This document shows positions 12,151-26,150 of a stretch of 64,000 bases of DNA, piece after piece. A program made the translations under genes and the position numbers. Position 1 is the stretch's first letter, and each line of letters opens with the position of its first letter. The stretch comes from Perna viridis (Eukaryota): contig CM074512.1 of the NCBI GenBank assembly GCA_037379345.1, positions 46,893,597 to 46,957,596 of the forward strand, read 5' to 3'. Under the pieces are notes generated by a model. That model did not search any database and was not told where the DNA came from. It saw only the letters and a list, made by a program, of their open reading frames with translations.

Positions 12151-12744
12151 AAACAATTTACGAGTTATCTTTTAGAAAAGTGAAGATCTCTATTTTGTGT
12201 TGACATTCTATATTTATGCATTATAAATATATCGTACGATAATGTTTTCATCTCCTAGACAGTATGATTTAAGGAGTTTTCTTTGTCTCATCTATAATTT
12301 CTAACATTTCAAGTTTGTGAGCAAAATATTATGTACTTTCACCACTTCCATTTTATCTGAAGTCGACTTCGTCCATCTCAACTATATAAACAATTTGTTT
12401 TTAATTACTTTTCCTATTCATTTCCTATATTACATCGGACATCACATGGGCAACTCTCCTTAAAGTGGTCAGAAGGAATGATAATTACATCGCCAGACGA
12501 GGGAAAATCCATGATAAAAAAAAAGCCGGGAACACCATCAACTAATTGTTACAGAGACTTACACTTAAAATATTTTAAAACATTTCCCAGAAAAACAAAC
12601 AATGTAAGTCATTATCTATTTCTTCAAACTTATTTTATTTTTTTTTATACCATACTTTTTTGTATGTAAGTCATGCGGTGAGCAGTCACTTTTATAAAAA
12701 GACCGACCGGCAACATTCCTCGGATCAATACTAGGATATTATCT

Positions 12745-12850
12745 CCTATGTATAGTGGAATTCGAGTTGTTCATTTACTTTTGTTACTTTGTATGTTTTA
12801 TGTTCTTTGTTGTGATTGTCTGTTTTCCATGTCTGGTCTTTGTCCCTGGA
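12745..12850 (+). repeat. Naiad 3' tail fragment
   Basis: AGTGGAATTCGAGTTGTTCATTTACTTTTGTTACTTTG...CATGTCTGGTCTTTGTCCCTGGA. Confidence 0.75.
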
Positions 12851-13042
12851 GGTGTAAAACAACTATTAAAAGTCCCTTTAATTTCTATGTTGAATTTTCA
12901 AGGTCCCAATCTTTTTTAATGTTTGTTAAAATGAACTTTAACAGATTTTATCATAGAGGGTTTAATATGTAAGACCATTAATATAGATAATCTCCAATTG
13001 GAGTTCTCTCATTAGTTATTATATTCCTTCATGCACATCTAT

Positions 13043-13178
13043 ATATGATATTCAACCTTCATATAAAGTTTCATGAAAATCATGTTAGACTTTCATGCAC
13101 AGACAGACGGACAGCCAGACGAACAGCTAGACGGAGTGATTCCTATATACCCTCAAACTGTGTTTGCGGGTGTTATAT
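13043..13178 (+). mobile_element. Helentron-associated (HINE/DINE/pearl-like) element 3' end
   Basis: AAGTTTCATGAAA core, (GACA/GACG)n microsatellite, terminal stem-loop; a second example lies at 13905-14086. Confidence 0.55.
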
Positions 13179-13904
13179 TGATGATATATTCACTCTTTCT
13201 AAAACTTTTGAACAGTATTCAATATGTGTATGTGTATGACGTCATAACTCTTTGAGCTATATTTAGTAACCTATTGGAATAATAAAAGATGATAGTAGAT
13301 TGCTGTTACATTATCAACATGAATACTGAAAGAATGTTGGGAGGGTGTCCAATAGTACATAATAGCCTCGCATTATATAGTGTTGGTTCGTAGATATTGT
13401 GCCAAGTAGAATGAATTCTGTACGATCTTGAGAGTGCATTATGCGCTATGGGAGTCACGATTAGTCTTTTATTGTATTGCAAAACCTTTTTTTGTAATGG
13501 GATTGTAATTATATTGATGTCCTAAATCATACCACCCCTTAAAGTGACTTGGTACTTGTCTGAAAAACTCTATTAACAGAATATGACATTGACTACATCA
13601 ATATGAAACAAATACGGCTTATAACATTAAAGTATTTTTTTATTGTTTCTTTGTTATCTTTCTTATGATGCTTTATACTCAGTAGCACTGCTTACAGATT
13701 AAGAAAGTCGGAGTGTAAAATATAATAGTAAAACTAAACTAAGTCGCAAACTTTTGAATCGAACTGCAATTTTCCTTCGTCGTGTAACATTCCTAAAGTT
13801 CTTGAAAGCTTTAAAAAAAGCTCTTTTTGCATCAGCACAACAGTGGAACTCAAGCCCATGAATCGTTTATAGAGAAACGTTCCTCTAACATGCAACATAA
13901 AAGA

Positions 13905-14086
13905 TAATTACTTCTTTCCAGGGAACTCATTTCAGAGTTAATTAAAAACATTGTGTGTTTTACTACATACCAAGTTTCATGAAACGATGTTCCGTAGTTT
14001 GAGAGGAGTTGCGACGACAAAAGGGTACTGACGGACGGACTCGTCGTACATTATGCTATCCGCATCTTTGTTGCAGGTTGTATAAC
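13905..14086 (+). mobile_element. HINE/pearl-like element 3' end
   Basis: CCAAGTTTCATGAAA...AGAGGAGTTGCG...GACGGACGGAC...terminal hairpin. Confidence 0.55.
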
Positions 14087-14571
14087 AAAGAAAATCATGT
14101 TAAGAACTGTATTATGAACCGACTCGGTAGAATTCAAACATAAAAACCCCCCCCAAAAAAAAAACAAACAAACAAACATAAAAACAACCGACTGAAAAAA
14201 ACACCGATAAATGTAAAATAGCAACCAGGATCTCGACAAAAAACTGAGTGTTTAAACACTTTCAGAAACAATCATGGATGTAAGCGAGGTTTAGTACACA
14301 ACAGGAATTAAAAGACATCTAATGGTCAACCTAAATCAACAGGTTAAAAAAGTGATCACAGTTTATTAGATGATAACAAGAATAATGACAATTTTCTATT
14401 AACAATTTATAACAACATTCAATATGGAATGCGCAGGTACATTCGTAACACTGTATACGTTTTTTTTCTATGTTCCTTTAAAAAAGACAATCAGGTTATC
14501 ATAACCTAACCAGTCACAATTAATTGTTTGCTAACTATACATGATATTTTTTTACATTATGTTTAGACATA

Positions 14572-14766
14572 CAGTCTTTGAGACGTTTAAATTTCCCACA
14601 CGCACGATACATGAACATACGTTAAACGCCCACCAAACGCACGATAAACGAATGCTTCTAGCATGCGTTTATCGCGCGTTTAACGAACGCTAAACGATGT
14701 GTAAACCATGCAACGCTAAACGATGTATGAACGCTAAAATGGGAAACGTGAACGTTTCAAGGAGTG
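14572..14766. mobile_element. TA-flanked MITE with internal AAACG repeats
   Basis: TA|CAGTCTTTGAGACGTTTAAATTTCCCA ... TGGGAAACGTGAACGTTTCAAGGAGTG|TA. Confidence 0.7.
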
Positions 14767-15981
14767 TAAATATTCATAAACCAATACCTACTGTTGATAA
14801 ACAAAGTGAGAGATTCATAACTGATTTCATGAACTTCCTTATGCAGTGTACTTGGCATTTATTTCTCGACATCCTTGACAGTGTTTAAAAAGGCGATTGA
14901 ACTAAAACATAAAACTTTACAATGCACGTGGTTACGGTGGTACACGATAAAATGTCCCATGTTAAAGTTCATATCATCGGCGCAAATGTTACGTTACTTA
15001 CCTATTGTTGACATCTGAACCAAACTAATTCACTATTGGTGCACGGAACTTACCAATTTACGCAACATAAAAACTAACATCGGATGAAGATGAAGAAATA
15101 ATTTTTGAATTAATTGCCGGAATTGCAGCGTTCCGTGGATAAATGTTGTTCTATCCACCGAATGGCACTAAATTTTATATCACTATAAATAAAGAACATA
15201 TGTCTCCTCCATATATTTTTGCGCAAAGATAGATGATAAGAAAAAAGTAATGTTAAGACATCAACCGGTTCGACTATAATCTTAGAATCCATTTAGTGCA
15301 TACAAGGTTTTTTTTTCTCTGTGTAACACCAGAGAGTTAGAGTAGTTCTGATTGCCTGAATTTATCAGTATTAACTATTTCCCACCAGTTAGCATGGATA
15401 TACAGGTTAAACGAATTATGATACATGTGCATATATTTTGATTATACAAAGTCACAGAAACATGAACTAGTATTAATGTAAACATTGTTGTACATTGTTG
15501 ATAAAACATAACAATAACACATGAAAGACTAGATTGGTCCACCATGTATACTTCTATTTAGAACTCATAAATGGACTTATTTTAATGCATGGTCACTTTC
15601 AATGCATAGCAAAACGAATGGTAAAAACCATTCCTATCTAAGGTATCTATAAATGAAAGAACGAAAATGGCGAAACGCAACAAAGCATTGAACATCATAT
15701 AACATAGCAATTATCGACAACCATTAATTGCTTAATGAGTAAATTCGTTACTCTAAAGATAACTACTACCCTGTTTACTGTAAATATCATTTATGTTGAT
15801 ATGGACTGCACATATTCAGATTCATTCATTGTTTACACAACGATGACTTAAAGTCATCTTCAACACGTGGTCATACACCAAAGGAAGTCATACAGACGAA
15901 TGTAATGTAAATGTCAGTGACGGAACACAAAGGTATGTCATATCACAGAATTAGATTTATAACTAATATCTATCAATATCA

Positions 15982-16067
15982 TCATACCGGGTGATTCGTC
16001 GTGAGCCTCGTTGTTAAAACTGCCACGATTACTGTAAAAGTTGTAAGTATGGAATCATTTGGGCTGC
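15982..16067 (-). CDS. Terminal exon, GPI-signal-like tail
   Basis: Strong acceptor TTTTTGTCTTTTTAG|, GSPNDSILTTFTVIVAVLTTRLTTNHPV*; preceded by small residues NSGGS. Confidence 0.65.
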
Positions 16068-19000
16068 CTAAAAAGACAAAAAATAAAAATGCTGTATTCA
16101 AAGACACATATAGAGTTACTTGTAATTGTTTGGTTATATTGTGAACTCTGTTTAACACCATAGAAATATTTCATGAAATTATTACAGTGGTTTTAAAGGC
16201 GAAATAATGAAGACTTGAGAGTTCAGTAGTTACAGAAAGGCCAACACGGGTGAAAAAAAAGTAATAAATAGTATACTAGTATATACTGCACTTGACTTTT
16301 TGTCCCCAAATCGACCACAGATGCAGTTCGATGCAACGGTCGACTTGAAAGGCAGCAACGTTTTTTTTTGTTTTGGTTTGTTTTTGTTTTGTTGGTTTTT
16401 TTAAATTTTATCTCGTTGTAGATGTTTCGTAAACTACCAATTTGAATTTCGTGCTTCAACAATGAGATGGAAGTCAAAATGTTGAAGAAAACAATGATAT
16501 ATCAAAATAAATCAGTAAATAAAAAAGACTTAGTTTTAAGTCCAGCTCGTCTTTATTTACCATAAGAAACATCAAATATTTCAACTCTATTTCAGTTGGG
16601 CATATCAAAAAAGTTTTTTTGATAAATAAATCATAAAACCGATCATGACAAAGCCCAAATTATAATACCAATATTTTAGGTTTTCGGATTACAACACATT
16701 TTAATTCATACCTATAGTACTAAAAGCTTGATTTTGTATTATAAAAGAACCTATGTAAGAAAGAGTAACCAAGGGAACCAAGATTCTGGCAGAAATCAAA
16801 AGAATGTAATCCAGGGACAAAGACCAGACATGGAAAACAGACACACACAATAAAGAACATAAAATAACCAAAATAATATATACAAACTAACAAAAGTAAA
16901 TGAACAACTCGAATTCGACTAAAAACTAGCGGCATGGACCAGATGCACCGTTAGAAGAATAAGCGTAAAAAGTATAAAGAAGTGAAATAAGACAACGGCA
17001 TAATACATATAATTCATGTAGTCCGTCGGTTATAACACAATAATGTAACATTTCTGCGGTCCTCACCATCACCTGATTGGGAATGCCTTCTTCGAATATG
17101 ATTTTTGTGTATGTTGACCGTCTTTATTCTTTTATTTTTGTCATGTCTTGGCCATTTTACATGGATTTTGACGTATTTGATTGTCTCATTAGAGACACAC
17201 ACATCGGTATTTTTGTGCCGACATCTACTTCCACATGTCATAGATGTTTTCCCTCTTACACAGACATGACATTCAACGGACTGCACGCTGAGCGTCTTGC
17301 ACGAAGCATGAACTGATCATCATGTGTAGTTTATTGTTACTTTGTGTTTCATGACCTATTCTACAAGATTTTTGTAGTTTTGTTTTGTATTCCAGGCTTT
17401 GTTTTCCTCTTTGAACCCTAAAAACGTTATGTATTTGGATATCTACAATGCGGCTCAATTTAATAATTGAACTTACATTATTATCTAATGTCAAACTTAC
17501 CTCCACTATTTAAATAATTAACCATTCTACACTTATCGGGCATTTCGTCACTTCCGTCATGGCATTGTAACTTTTGATCGCAATGATATTCTTCAGGTAT
17601 GCACTGGCGACCACTTGTGCACATGAATGTCGTTTCGTTGCATAATGACAGATCAAAGTTTCCTGGTAGAGCTACAAAATAGTTTACAGTTGATTAAAAT
17701 GCTTTTGATTATATTTCAACATTTCTTTTCCATGCAATGCGTTTTATCTACACAAGATTATAACAGACAGGAAAGAATTTAACTGCAGCAATACGTGGGA
17801 TATATGATTTATGATTTTTTTTTATTACAGGATAAACATTAATTTCAACTTATGTCATCAAAAATAACGACAAAAATTAGCCCGTGGTACACTAACGATA
17901 AGTTCCGAGTTTGAGGAACAAATTTAACCTGTGAGGTCGGTAAAAATGGATAAACTTATTTATGGCATCAGAAATAAGACCGTCATTTGTCTATGACTTC
18001 GGTCATATGTTTATCACCATTTAACAAAGATTTTCCTCTAAGGACGTCATACATGAATTGTTCCTACTTACAAAGTTATACGCTCTTTGCTATCCGGTAA
18101 AGGTAAACAAAATGTATTTTTAAGGAATCATAATTCAAATCTAATTAGAATATCATATGCTAATAAGATTGGAATTACAATTCCTAAAAAAATACATAAT
18201 GCCTATTTCGTGCACTATGATAAGTTGTTCACCTTTTACGACCTCTTTACAACAGTGTAAATTTCATGTACAAATCGTAAACAACATGGCTACCATCGAG
18301 TTTAGAGGTTTAAAGCGGTATTATATGCTTTATACCATTCATTTTCGGCATTCTTTATTCAAAGCAAAAATTTTGAAAGAATATAGTTACCATTGTTTTT
18401 TCCAGAATTTATGGATGTGTAAAGTCGGACCATTCACGCACAAACCTTCGGACTTTTATTTGTTTTGTGAGTGAATGGTCCGATTTTACACATCAATAAA
18501 TTATGGAAAACAGTGTTTAAACTTATAATAAATGGATTCGACCATTTACCAATAATTTTTCTGTATTTTACAAGTATATTTGTACTATATGCACATACCT
18601 GGACAAACAATATTATTGCATACTTTTTCTTCCCTTCCTAGTCCTTCACATGGTTTGCCATTTTCAGATGGCTCAGGAGCTATACACAGTCTTGTTCTAG
18701 CAGTACTTCCAGAACCACACATTTTACTGCAGTCACTCCATGCCGTCCACATGGTCCAGCCACCGTGAACTGATAAAAAAACAGTAGGTCATTATAACAG
18801 AAGTGTCTTGAAGAAGACAAATATATAAAGATTGTAAAATTATTATCATATTTATATGACGAACGAGACGTCTTTTTTTTTAACTATCTAATTTCAATTC
18901 ATTTGTAGTCTGAGGTTTTGAAACGTTGCATTAATATACATATTTTTTGTAATGAGCTTTAATGTCATTGATAAACGTTTGCACTGAATTATAGATATCC

Positions 19001-21383
19001 AGTCTAAACAAAAGTCGATGTTAATTCAGATGATTCCAAAATCGATACGACGTGTCCATTTTACCTTGAGAAATAAAATATTAACGTGAAATGAGCATTA
19101 AGCGACATGTATCTATGGTTGAATGGGCGCACTTATTCCATGTTCAAAGTGCTTCATGTAAATGAAATTCAAGTTTCTCAATCAGTTTTGAATGTGCCTC
19201 TTTTAGATTCTTTATATTATTTGTTGATTGTCTACTTTGATTTCCTATTCCTCGTTCTGTTTACATTCACTTTTCACACAGGAAAAATTGCAACATATGT
19301 GGTCATATGTTTTAAAACATCTGGAAGCATATGTTTAGGACCGATATAGAAATACATGTTTTTTTTTCCTATAAAATACAATTGTTTTAAAAAAATATCT
19401 GCAAGTAATACATTTTTCATACATTATGCCCTTTAGAAGATACAAACTTACAAAATGATTTTTTTCATGAATTTATTTGTTAGTCCTTAACATTTATTTC
19501 ATATGCTTTTCATGGCGGTCCTAAACATACTAAGACACAAGAGAAACATACGTTTTTCTTGCCTGATGAGTTTATTTTTCTCATTTTTTAAATACTATTT
19601 TAATATTTTTTTATTTTGTCTTGAAAGTAACGTATTTTTATGGGTAATTTCTGGGAGAGTTTGAACTTTAATAACCGATAAAGAGGTTCAAATATATTAT
19701 GTACATACCAAATTCTATAAACTAATATAAGAATTAAATTCGTCAATCTATCAAATCTAAGTTTTGGAGACATCGACTGTAAATTTCAAGACACTTAAAG
19801 ACATACTTGAACGTAGGACCATAAAGTAGCTTTTGTCAAAGTAATATTGAACTATCAGTAAAAGAAACAATCCAAGTTTAAGTGCTAATTGATCCTTTTG
19901 ATCAAACCAGAAGTTCGGTATGATTAGGGTAATAATTAAACCAAATGTTGTTTACATATTTCCTGATGAGAATACAACCATATGTAAGTAGCTAGAATTT
20001 AAATATTGATTCACTCTCAACAGTCTTTTAAGTCGCCCTGAGTATGAAATATTTATTCTACAGATTTGATTTTTTAAAATTTAAACAAGTAATGATTATC
20101 ATTGTTTAAAACTATTTACATTTTTTTTAAAAATTCTCAAACAGCAAAATACCCTTCATAAAAACCAGTAATACATGATTCAAAATAGATTTTGATATTG
20201 AATATAACATTTGACAATATAATTTACCGCAAACACATTGTGTTCTTTCTTTATTTCGTCCATTGTATAAAACGTAAATTTTAGGTCGAGCTGTCTTTAT
20301 TTTAAAGTTACTCTACAGAGAAGTTCATTGATTAAAATAAGTTTCAATTATGGTCAGAAATTTTGGAGAAATCCATATAGCAGTCTGTATCAACACTCGC
20401 CCCAATTCACCCTTAAAATCAGCGGACCTTGAGCTGATATCGGTGTTTCCCGAGGAAACTGTATGCCATACAGATATTGCGAAGTACAAATGTTCGCTTT
20501 GTATCATACGAAAAAATTGCTGTATTATTACAAGTGTATTATAAAGTTACAAATAGTGAAATTTGTATACGTTTACCTGGGCATGGGAGTTTAGTCCAAC
20601 ACTCCGCTATCATACTGTAGGTATAGTTAGAAACTCTACCATTTTTATAAATCCAGTTTTTGTTTCTCTGGATTGAACCATATCCACATGTAACTGAACA
20701 CTTTGACCATTCTCCCCAGCTTCCCCACTCCCCATAGTCACTGCTGGCAAGGTTTGCTAATGTTACTTGAATTTAAAGAAATAAACATAAGCATATTGCA
20801 TTATAAAGATTTAATTAACTTGTATCCAAAGCAAAAGAGACGAAATACTGCATTTAAATAAACGGCATTTTGCAAGTGAGAAAACATCAAATGAGGGAAA
20901 ATTTGTTTTATAATTAAGGCACCATAAATCGGACATCGGTTTAATAGATTGATCAATTTTCGGTTTGGAACATCAAGCGTTAATCTAGAAACATGATCTT
21001 TTAAAAAACAAGAAAATCAATACTTCATAAGATATTTATAAAACAAATGCATGATAAAACATCTTTACCGCAAGACGCGAAGGGTCCATTTTTTCTAACA
21101 CATTTTTAGTTGTCAGAAATTCCTTTAATTGGATGCATTTATCCATTATTCATAAACCATTTTATCATTTCTGGAGATCACATGAAGGTTTAGCGTGTAC
21201 AGCTCCATTCAAATTATATACAGAAATAAAGTGCTTAATGTTATTATGACAATATCAAATAGTAATAGTTGACGATGTCCAAAGAGAGGAGAAACTAGAC
21301 TTAGGGGAGACAACTTATCGCTTTTGCTCGTCTTAATTTCTTGAAATTTTAGTTAGTGTTTTACTTTGACCAAAAACAAAAAC

Positions 21384-21415
<32 letters not shown>

Positions 21416-21898
21416 CAAACAAACAAAAGCAAAAATATATATATTTCTAAAAAATTTAACCACATATTTATTAGAATAATTTCAATGAACATATAGTAGC
21501 TTCATCAACAAAACTTTTGATCACTAAGATGTTTTGAGTTTGATACCAGAATGCCACAAAATAAAACGTTTTACTGATTTTTACAGAGTTATTTCCCTTA
21601 GGTGTTGCGTACCCCTCCTCAAAGGACTTAAAGGATGCTCAAGTCTTGAGAATTTTTAACAGCTTGTGACTAAACACATATAACATTCTCATTATTTGCT
21701 GTTATCAATAAAGAAGTTAATGTCCTGAAGATCAGGCATTTATAATTTATATTATGTCAATATAACCTACAAGGAATAAGAACACTATGCATGTGGCAAT
21801 GTGAATGTGCTAATTTGAAAATGCCTTTGATAATATCAAATGTTGTACTTACCATAGACCTGAAGTATAATCTGAAGTACAAGAATATTCTCAATCAT
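15982..21898 (-). CDS. Secreted, putative GPI-anchored TSP1-TSP1-LDLa protein, 5 coding exons, 220 aa
   Basis: Exons 21898-21853, 20765-20577, 18769-18599, 17671-17501 and 16067-15982, all phase-1 GT-AG introns, 663 nt open. Encodes a signal peptide, two thrombospondin type-1 repeats, an LDL-receptor class A repeat and a hydrophobic C-terminal tail. Confidence 0.85.
16759..16950 (-). repeat. Naiad 3' tail copy
   Basis: Reverse complement of 2716-2909. Confidence 0.8.
17501..17671 (-). CDS. LDL-receptor class A domain exon
   Basis: CNETTFMCTSGRQCIPEEYHCDQKLQCHDGSDEMPDKC: 6 Cys and DGSDE motif; TTGTAG| acceptor and |GTAAGT donor. Confidence 0.92.
18391..18515. repeat. Long imperfect palindrome in an intron
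   Basis: TTTTCCAGAATTTATGGATGTGTAAAGTCGGACCATTCACGCACAAA pairs with TTTGTGAGTGAATGGTCCGATTTTACACATCAATAAATTATGGAAAA. Confidence 0.85.
18599..18769 (-). CDS. TSP1 repeat 2 exon
   Basis: 171-nt phase 1-1 exon, VHGGWTMWTAWSDCSKMCGSGSTARTRLCIAPEPSENGKPCEGLGREEKVCNNIVCP (6 Cys, hemicentin/properdin-type). Confidence 0.93.
20577..20765 (-). CDS. TSP1 repeat 1 exon
   Basis: VTLANLASSDYGEWGSWGEWSKCSVTCGYGSIQRNKNW...ECWTKLPCP; WxxWxxW and CSVTCG motifs. Confidence 0.9.
21853..21898 (-). CDS. Signal-peptide exon of the TSP1-TSP1-LDLa gene
   Basis: MIENILVLQIILQVY, donor TATG|GTAAGT; an acceptor just upstream (exon starts 21916) implies further 5'UTR exon(s). Confidence 0.75.
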
Positions 21899-23280
21899 TC
21901 CTCATTTGTAAACAAACTGAAACAGACAATGTCATTACCTGATTTAAAAAAGATGACTGAAATGACATTTATAGTAATACAACAATAATGAGACATCGAG
22001 TTTTTGCTTTCATGCATATCGTCAATGTATACTTTCAGTTTTTAGAGTAAACCAACCGTATCGCATCTCAAATCTACATATAAAACGATTCAAGTAAACG
22101 CTTGAGATATAAAGATTCCCTTCTTCGAATTTATAAAAATATAATTACAACTCACCACCATAAATCTAAACATATCCTACACGTTGATATATAATGTTTA
22201 CACCTGACTTCAGGACAGTAAACGATTGCTATTATCATAGTCATTTAAACATTTGTTAAGACTATTGCTTACCCCTGAAATATAAGATTTCCTTTTTCCT
22301 ATTTAAAAATGTTTTTCGTAGCGCATGTTAATATTAAATCACAGATGTTATATGGTTATATGTTTAATATCCATTTCTTTTACAAATGCAACAACATTTG
22401 GCTAAACATGTGTATCGCATTATGATGTTTACAAAACTTTAGAATAATGCTATACTTGTATAAGGGAATAAAGTTGTTTTGATGGATTTAAACCAATTAC
22501 TTTTGCCATTACTTTGCTTTGTATTCATTTAATAATATGGATTATAGCTTTAATTTTAAACTCCTGAACAATGGTCAAATTTCATGGTCAATTTTAAGAG
22601 TCAATTGAATAACTTTAGGGGATTGGATTATTTAAAAAGCTTATACATGTATGAGTTATGAAGGATGTTATTGAAATTTGCAGTTATAACCGTACCACGC
22701 TTGACGTTAACCGTGCAGCATATGTTCGCTATCACTTTTTCAACAAACACACAAGAATGATAAATATACGTTTCAATAATTTCGTATATGTTGTTCCATT
22801 AATCAATTTTTGGGATTTGGATGAGAAAATGTAGAGTTATTGTAATAAGAATGGAATAAATTCTGGGCTTCACTTCACTCATAATTAAATTGTGAATTTC
22901 AATATGCTGTACACGTGTATCAATTAACGAGAAACCTTTCATAATCAGCATTAGAATGACATAAATAGGATGATCTAAATCTAAAAATAATATACCAAGT
23001 ACCAAAACCAAATCGATCAAAAAGATGTTTCATCTTATGTTGTTTTATGCTATTTTTTCGGTTTCTCGCAGAATGGAATAGGGACATACTTTTCGCATCA
23101 TACTAATTTATTATTTTAAGATTTCTATTTGTGTGTGTTCGAATTATGATTTTTAAACATATTATATACTATCATAACAATGTTTTTGTTACTATTCACG
23201 TTCTTCGGTATTGCAGTCTGTCATTCATTGTAATTTTATAATAGAAGATTATCCAATTCAATCATATACCATTTAGTATT

Positions 23281-23391
23281 ACCTGCGGGGTAGTCGATTA
23301 GCTTGTGTGATATATACTTCTGCGAGGTAGAACTTAGGGTTTTTTCTCGCAAAAGTGTATATTAAGCACGCTCTTCGACTACCCAGCAGTT
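23281..23391. repeat. Long imperfect palindrome
   Basis: CTGCGGGGTAGTCGA...ATATACTTCTGCGAG pairs with CTCGCAAAAGTGTATAT...TCGACTACCCAGCAG. Confidence 0.8.
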
Positions 23392-26150
23392 AACTCGAAA
23401 GGATCTATCTTTTCCTATGAGTTTACGAAAACATGTAGATACTCAGTTTGCGTAACTGATAGTCAAATTGTTATTGGTTTTCTTGGAGGATTTAAGAGAA
23501 TGTCAATGCAAAACCCAGGCAGTGGGTTGTACATGACAAATTTTGTTCTAAAAAGCATCCTTTCTCAAAGTTGAAAGCTGATTTTTGATTAACTGCAACG
23601 GTTAAAGAGCAAAATTAAAAAAATACATAGAAAACATTGAAATCCATTAAAAAAGGAGATAACTCTTTATTTTTGTGCAAATTTTGGTTGCTGTTTTAGG
23701 GAATTTTAAAATCGTTTTCCGAGCCATCCATTGTCGCTTTAAAAAATCTTTTTTACTATTTGACATACATATGATACAAACATTACATTGGAACAAAAAA
23801 TTCAGTGGGATAAAGTGTACATTTTGCCATCCATATCACAGGAACTGCCTGATTTTTACATGGACAGCCTCTTAAAATATTTCTTGCTTCCTTACAACCA
23901 ATGTATATAAGTAAATAGTAATTTTGTATTATAACTAAACATTTTAAAAGCCTAAATTCATACTCAGTTTTCTGTACTTAGTTATACTGATTTCATAATT
24001 TCTATAGAAACATACTAAAATACGACAACAAATGAACAACCATTCATTGGAATGGTTACCATTTTGATTTCCCTTGAGAAATGTACAGATATCACGGTAA
24101 GGTTGATGACGAAAATCATGACAATAGTTGTTCAAATGTTCAAGAATAATTTATACTTTGGCTTCTACACCTTAATACACCTGATTATATATTAGGTTCT
24201 GCAACTTCTCCACGGAGTGGCTATTAAATTTAAAGAATTAAAATAAATAATATTCACAGTAAACTATGAAAACAGTTCATCCATTTACATATACTTCTAC
24301 ATTTATTTATAAACTACAAACATCAATTCCAGTATTTCTTGGCATCATTGTAGAATCGGGTCTTACTACTTTCTATGTTATATAAGAATAGTTATGAAAC
24401 CAACTTGCCAATTATTACCAGGAGAAATATGTTATATGCAATGTTTGTATCTTTGATAAATAGGTGCACACATATGATTAGATTCCGTAATTAATGAAGT
24501 CGAATTAGTAGGGATGGAAGCGATAAAAAACGTATCTATAGTGTATACACGGAATGGCTAGTACAGTAATGGGGTTGATAATTTGAGTTGTTTGATAGCT
24601 CCAATATTAATTTAAAACATGAAAATATTGAAAGCTTGTTTATTTATATAAATATTTTAATGTAATTTAGAGTATTCAGAGTATGTGTTTATACTACAAA
24701 ATTATTCTAGCTATCATGTAAGCAATATAAATAGGTTTATTAACATTAGCAGTTCGTACATGTCGTTATGAGATAGGAATATTTTAACACGGAATATCAG
24801 ATGAGTTTCCCATATAACAAATTACAAAATCTCCAACACACGAATATAAATCAAAGCGCGCTTGCTCTAGATTTGAAGAGGTGTAAATGAATTTAGTATT
24901 AAAAAATTGCAGAGTCATATAATGTTAATCATATGTTTCAACACCCGATCTAATTTCAGTTTTCATCATTTGACATCGACATTTCCGGTGATATACAGTT
25001 CTGTCCGACCTAGTATATGGACATCAGCCCACCGGCCGTAATGGATGAATAAAGTTCCGTCAAGGTAATTCGAAAATGCAGAAAACACAAATGTTTTCTT
25101 CACAAAAGATGAAAAATCTTATCAAATGTGTAAGAATGCAAAACACAGAAAATGATGTTAGCAGAATACATTCGAACAAAAATTGCAGGACTAATTTCTT
25201 ACCTTCTGACGTTAACTCCATAAGACCAGAATCATTAACTATCAGGCATCACAAGATCACAACGCTTATATCATTCTGTTTCAAAAGAACATGTCAAGCT
25301 TGCTCCCAAGTATTTAGATATATGCTTAGTACTTGACACTTAGCACAGCTAATTAAATATCTCCCATGGTTTATTAGATCAGAATGCTTCAGGATCGATT
25401 GAGCTTGTTCTTTATCTATTTTAATTATTGTTAAGGTTCGAGAATGGATTACATTGATCTGGTTTTATATCAATGTTAAGGTTAATGGAATTTAAATACG
25501 ACTTGATATCATCTATATTGATGAACAGTTGTTGGACTCGGTATTTTTATATTTTGAAGGCAAATACACAAAAGGTTGTCTTAATTTTGTGATAACAAGA
25601 AATATTGTGGTTTCGTGCGATAATAAGTTGATACGATTATTACAGGACTGTATCAGGCCAGTTATATGTTAATTGCTGTGTCTGTTCAATCGTAATGGTA
25701 GCCGTTTTAATTATTTTGGGCATAAACAAAAACAAATCCATGTTCAAAGAATTGATTTTGGTTAAAATCGGCCACACTTAAACCACATGATTGTAACATT
25801 TTTGTAAGCCATCCATAAAATGCCATGTTAAATATTTTTATCATTGATATTGATTGTGTTAAATTTGCTACATTAACACAACACTTTTTCACGTATAGAT
25901 TTTATGCAGACTGTTACAAATGAGAACTATTTATCATTGTCAAACTTCGTCATATTAGTCCCTTATAAAACACTCATTTTAGTATACATTCAGTATTGAT
26001 ACAAAATTAACTAGGTGTAGTATTTTAAAAAACACTTCAAAACAAAACCAAACATGTTGACAGTCAAATGAGACCTCGTGGCTCATAATGTTTCCTAACA
26101 TCTCTCTGCTAATACAATGTTTAAGCAACATTCTTTCTCATCTATCATTA

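Noticed and set aside
6700-16000. MACPF exons downstream of LDLa, which would make a true C6-like gene
   Set aside because: No MACPF-like motifs were recognised, and the 16067-15982 exon ends in a stop.
17014-17312. Cys-rich minus-strand ORF as the exon following LDLa
   Set aside because: Phase-compatible, but the acceptor lacks a polypyrimidine tract and no domain is recognisable; the 16067 exon is a better candidate. An alternative isoform is not excluded.
22790-25900. Old LINE endonuclease remnants (22790-23020, 25380-25890; also 33000-33550)
   Set aside because: Only faint motif traces, too decayed to call by eye.
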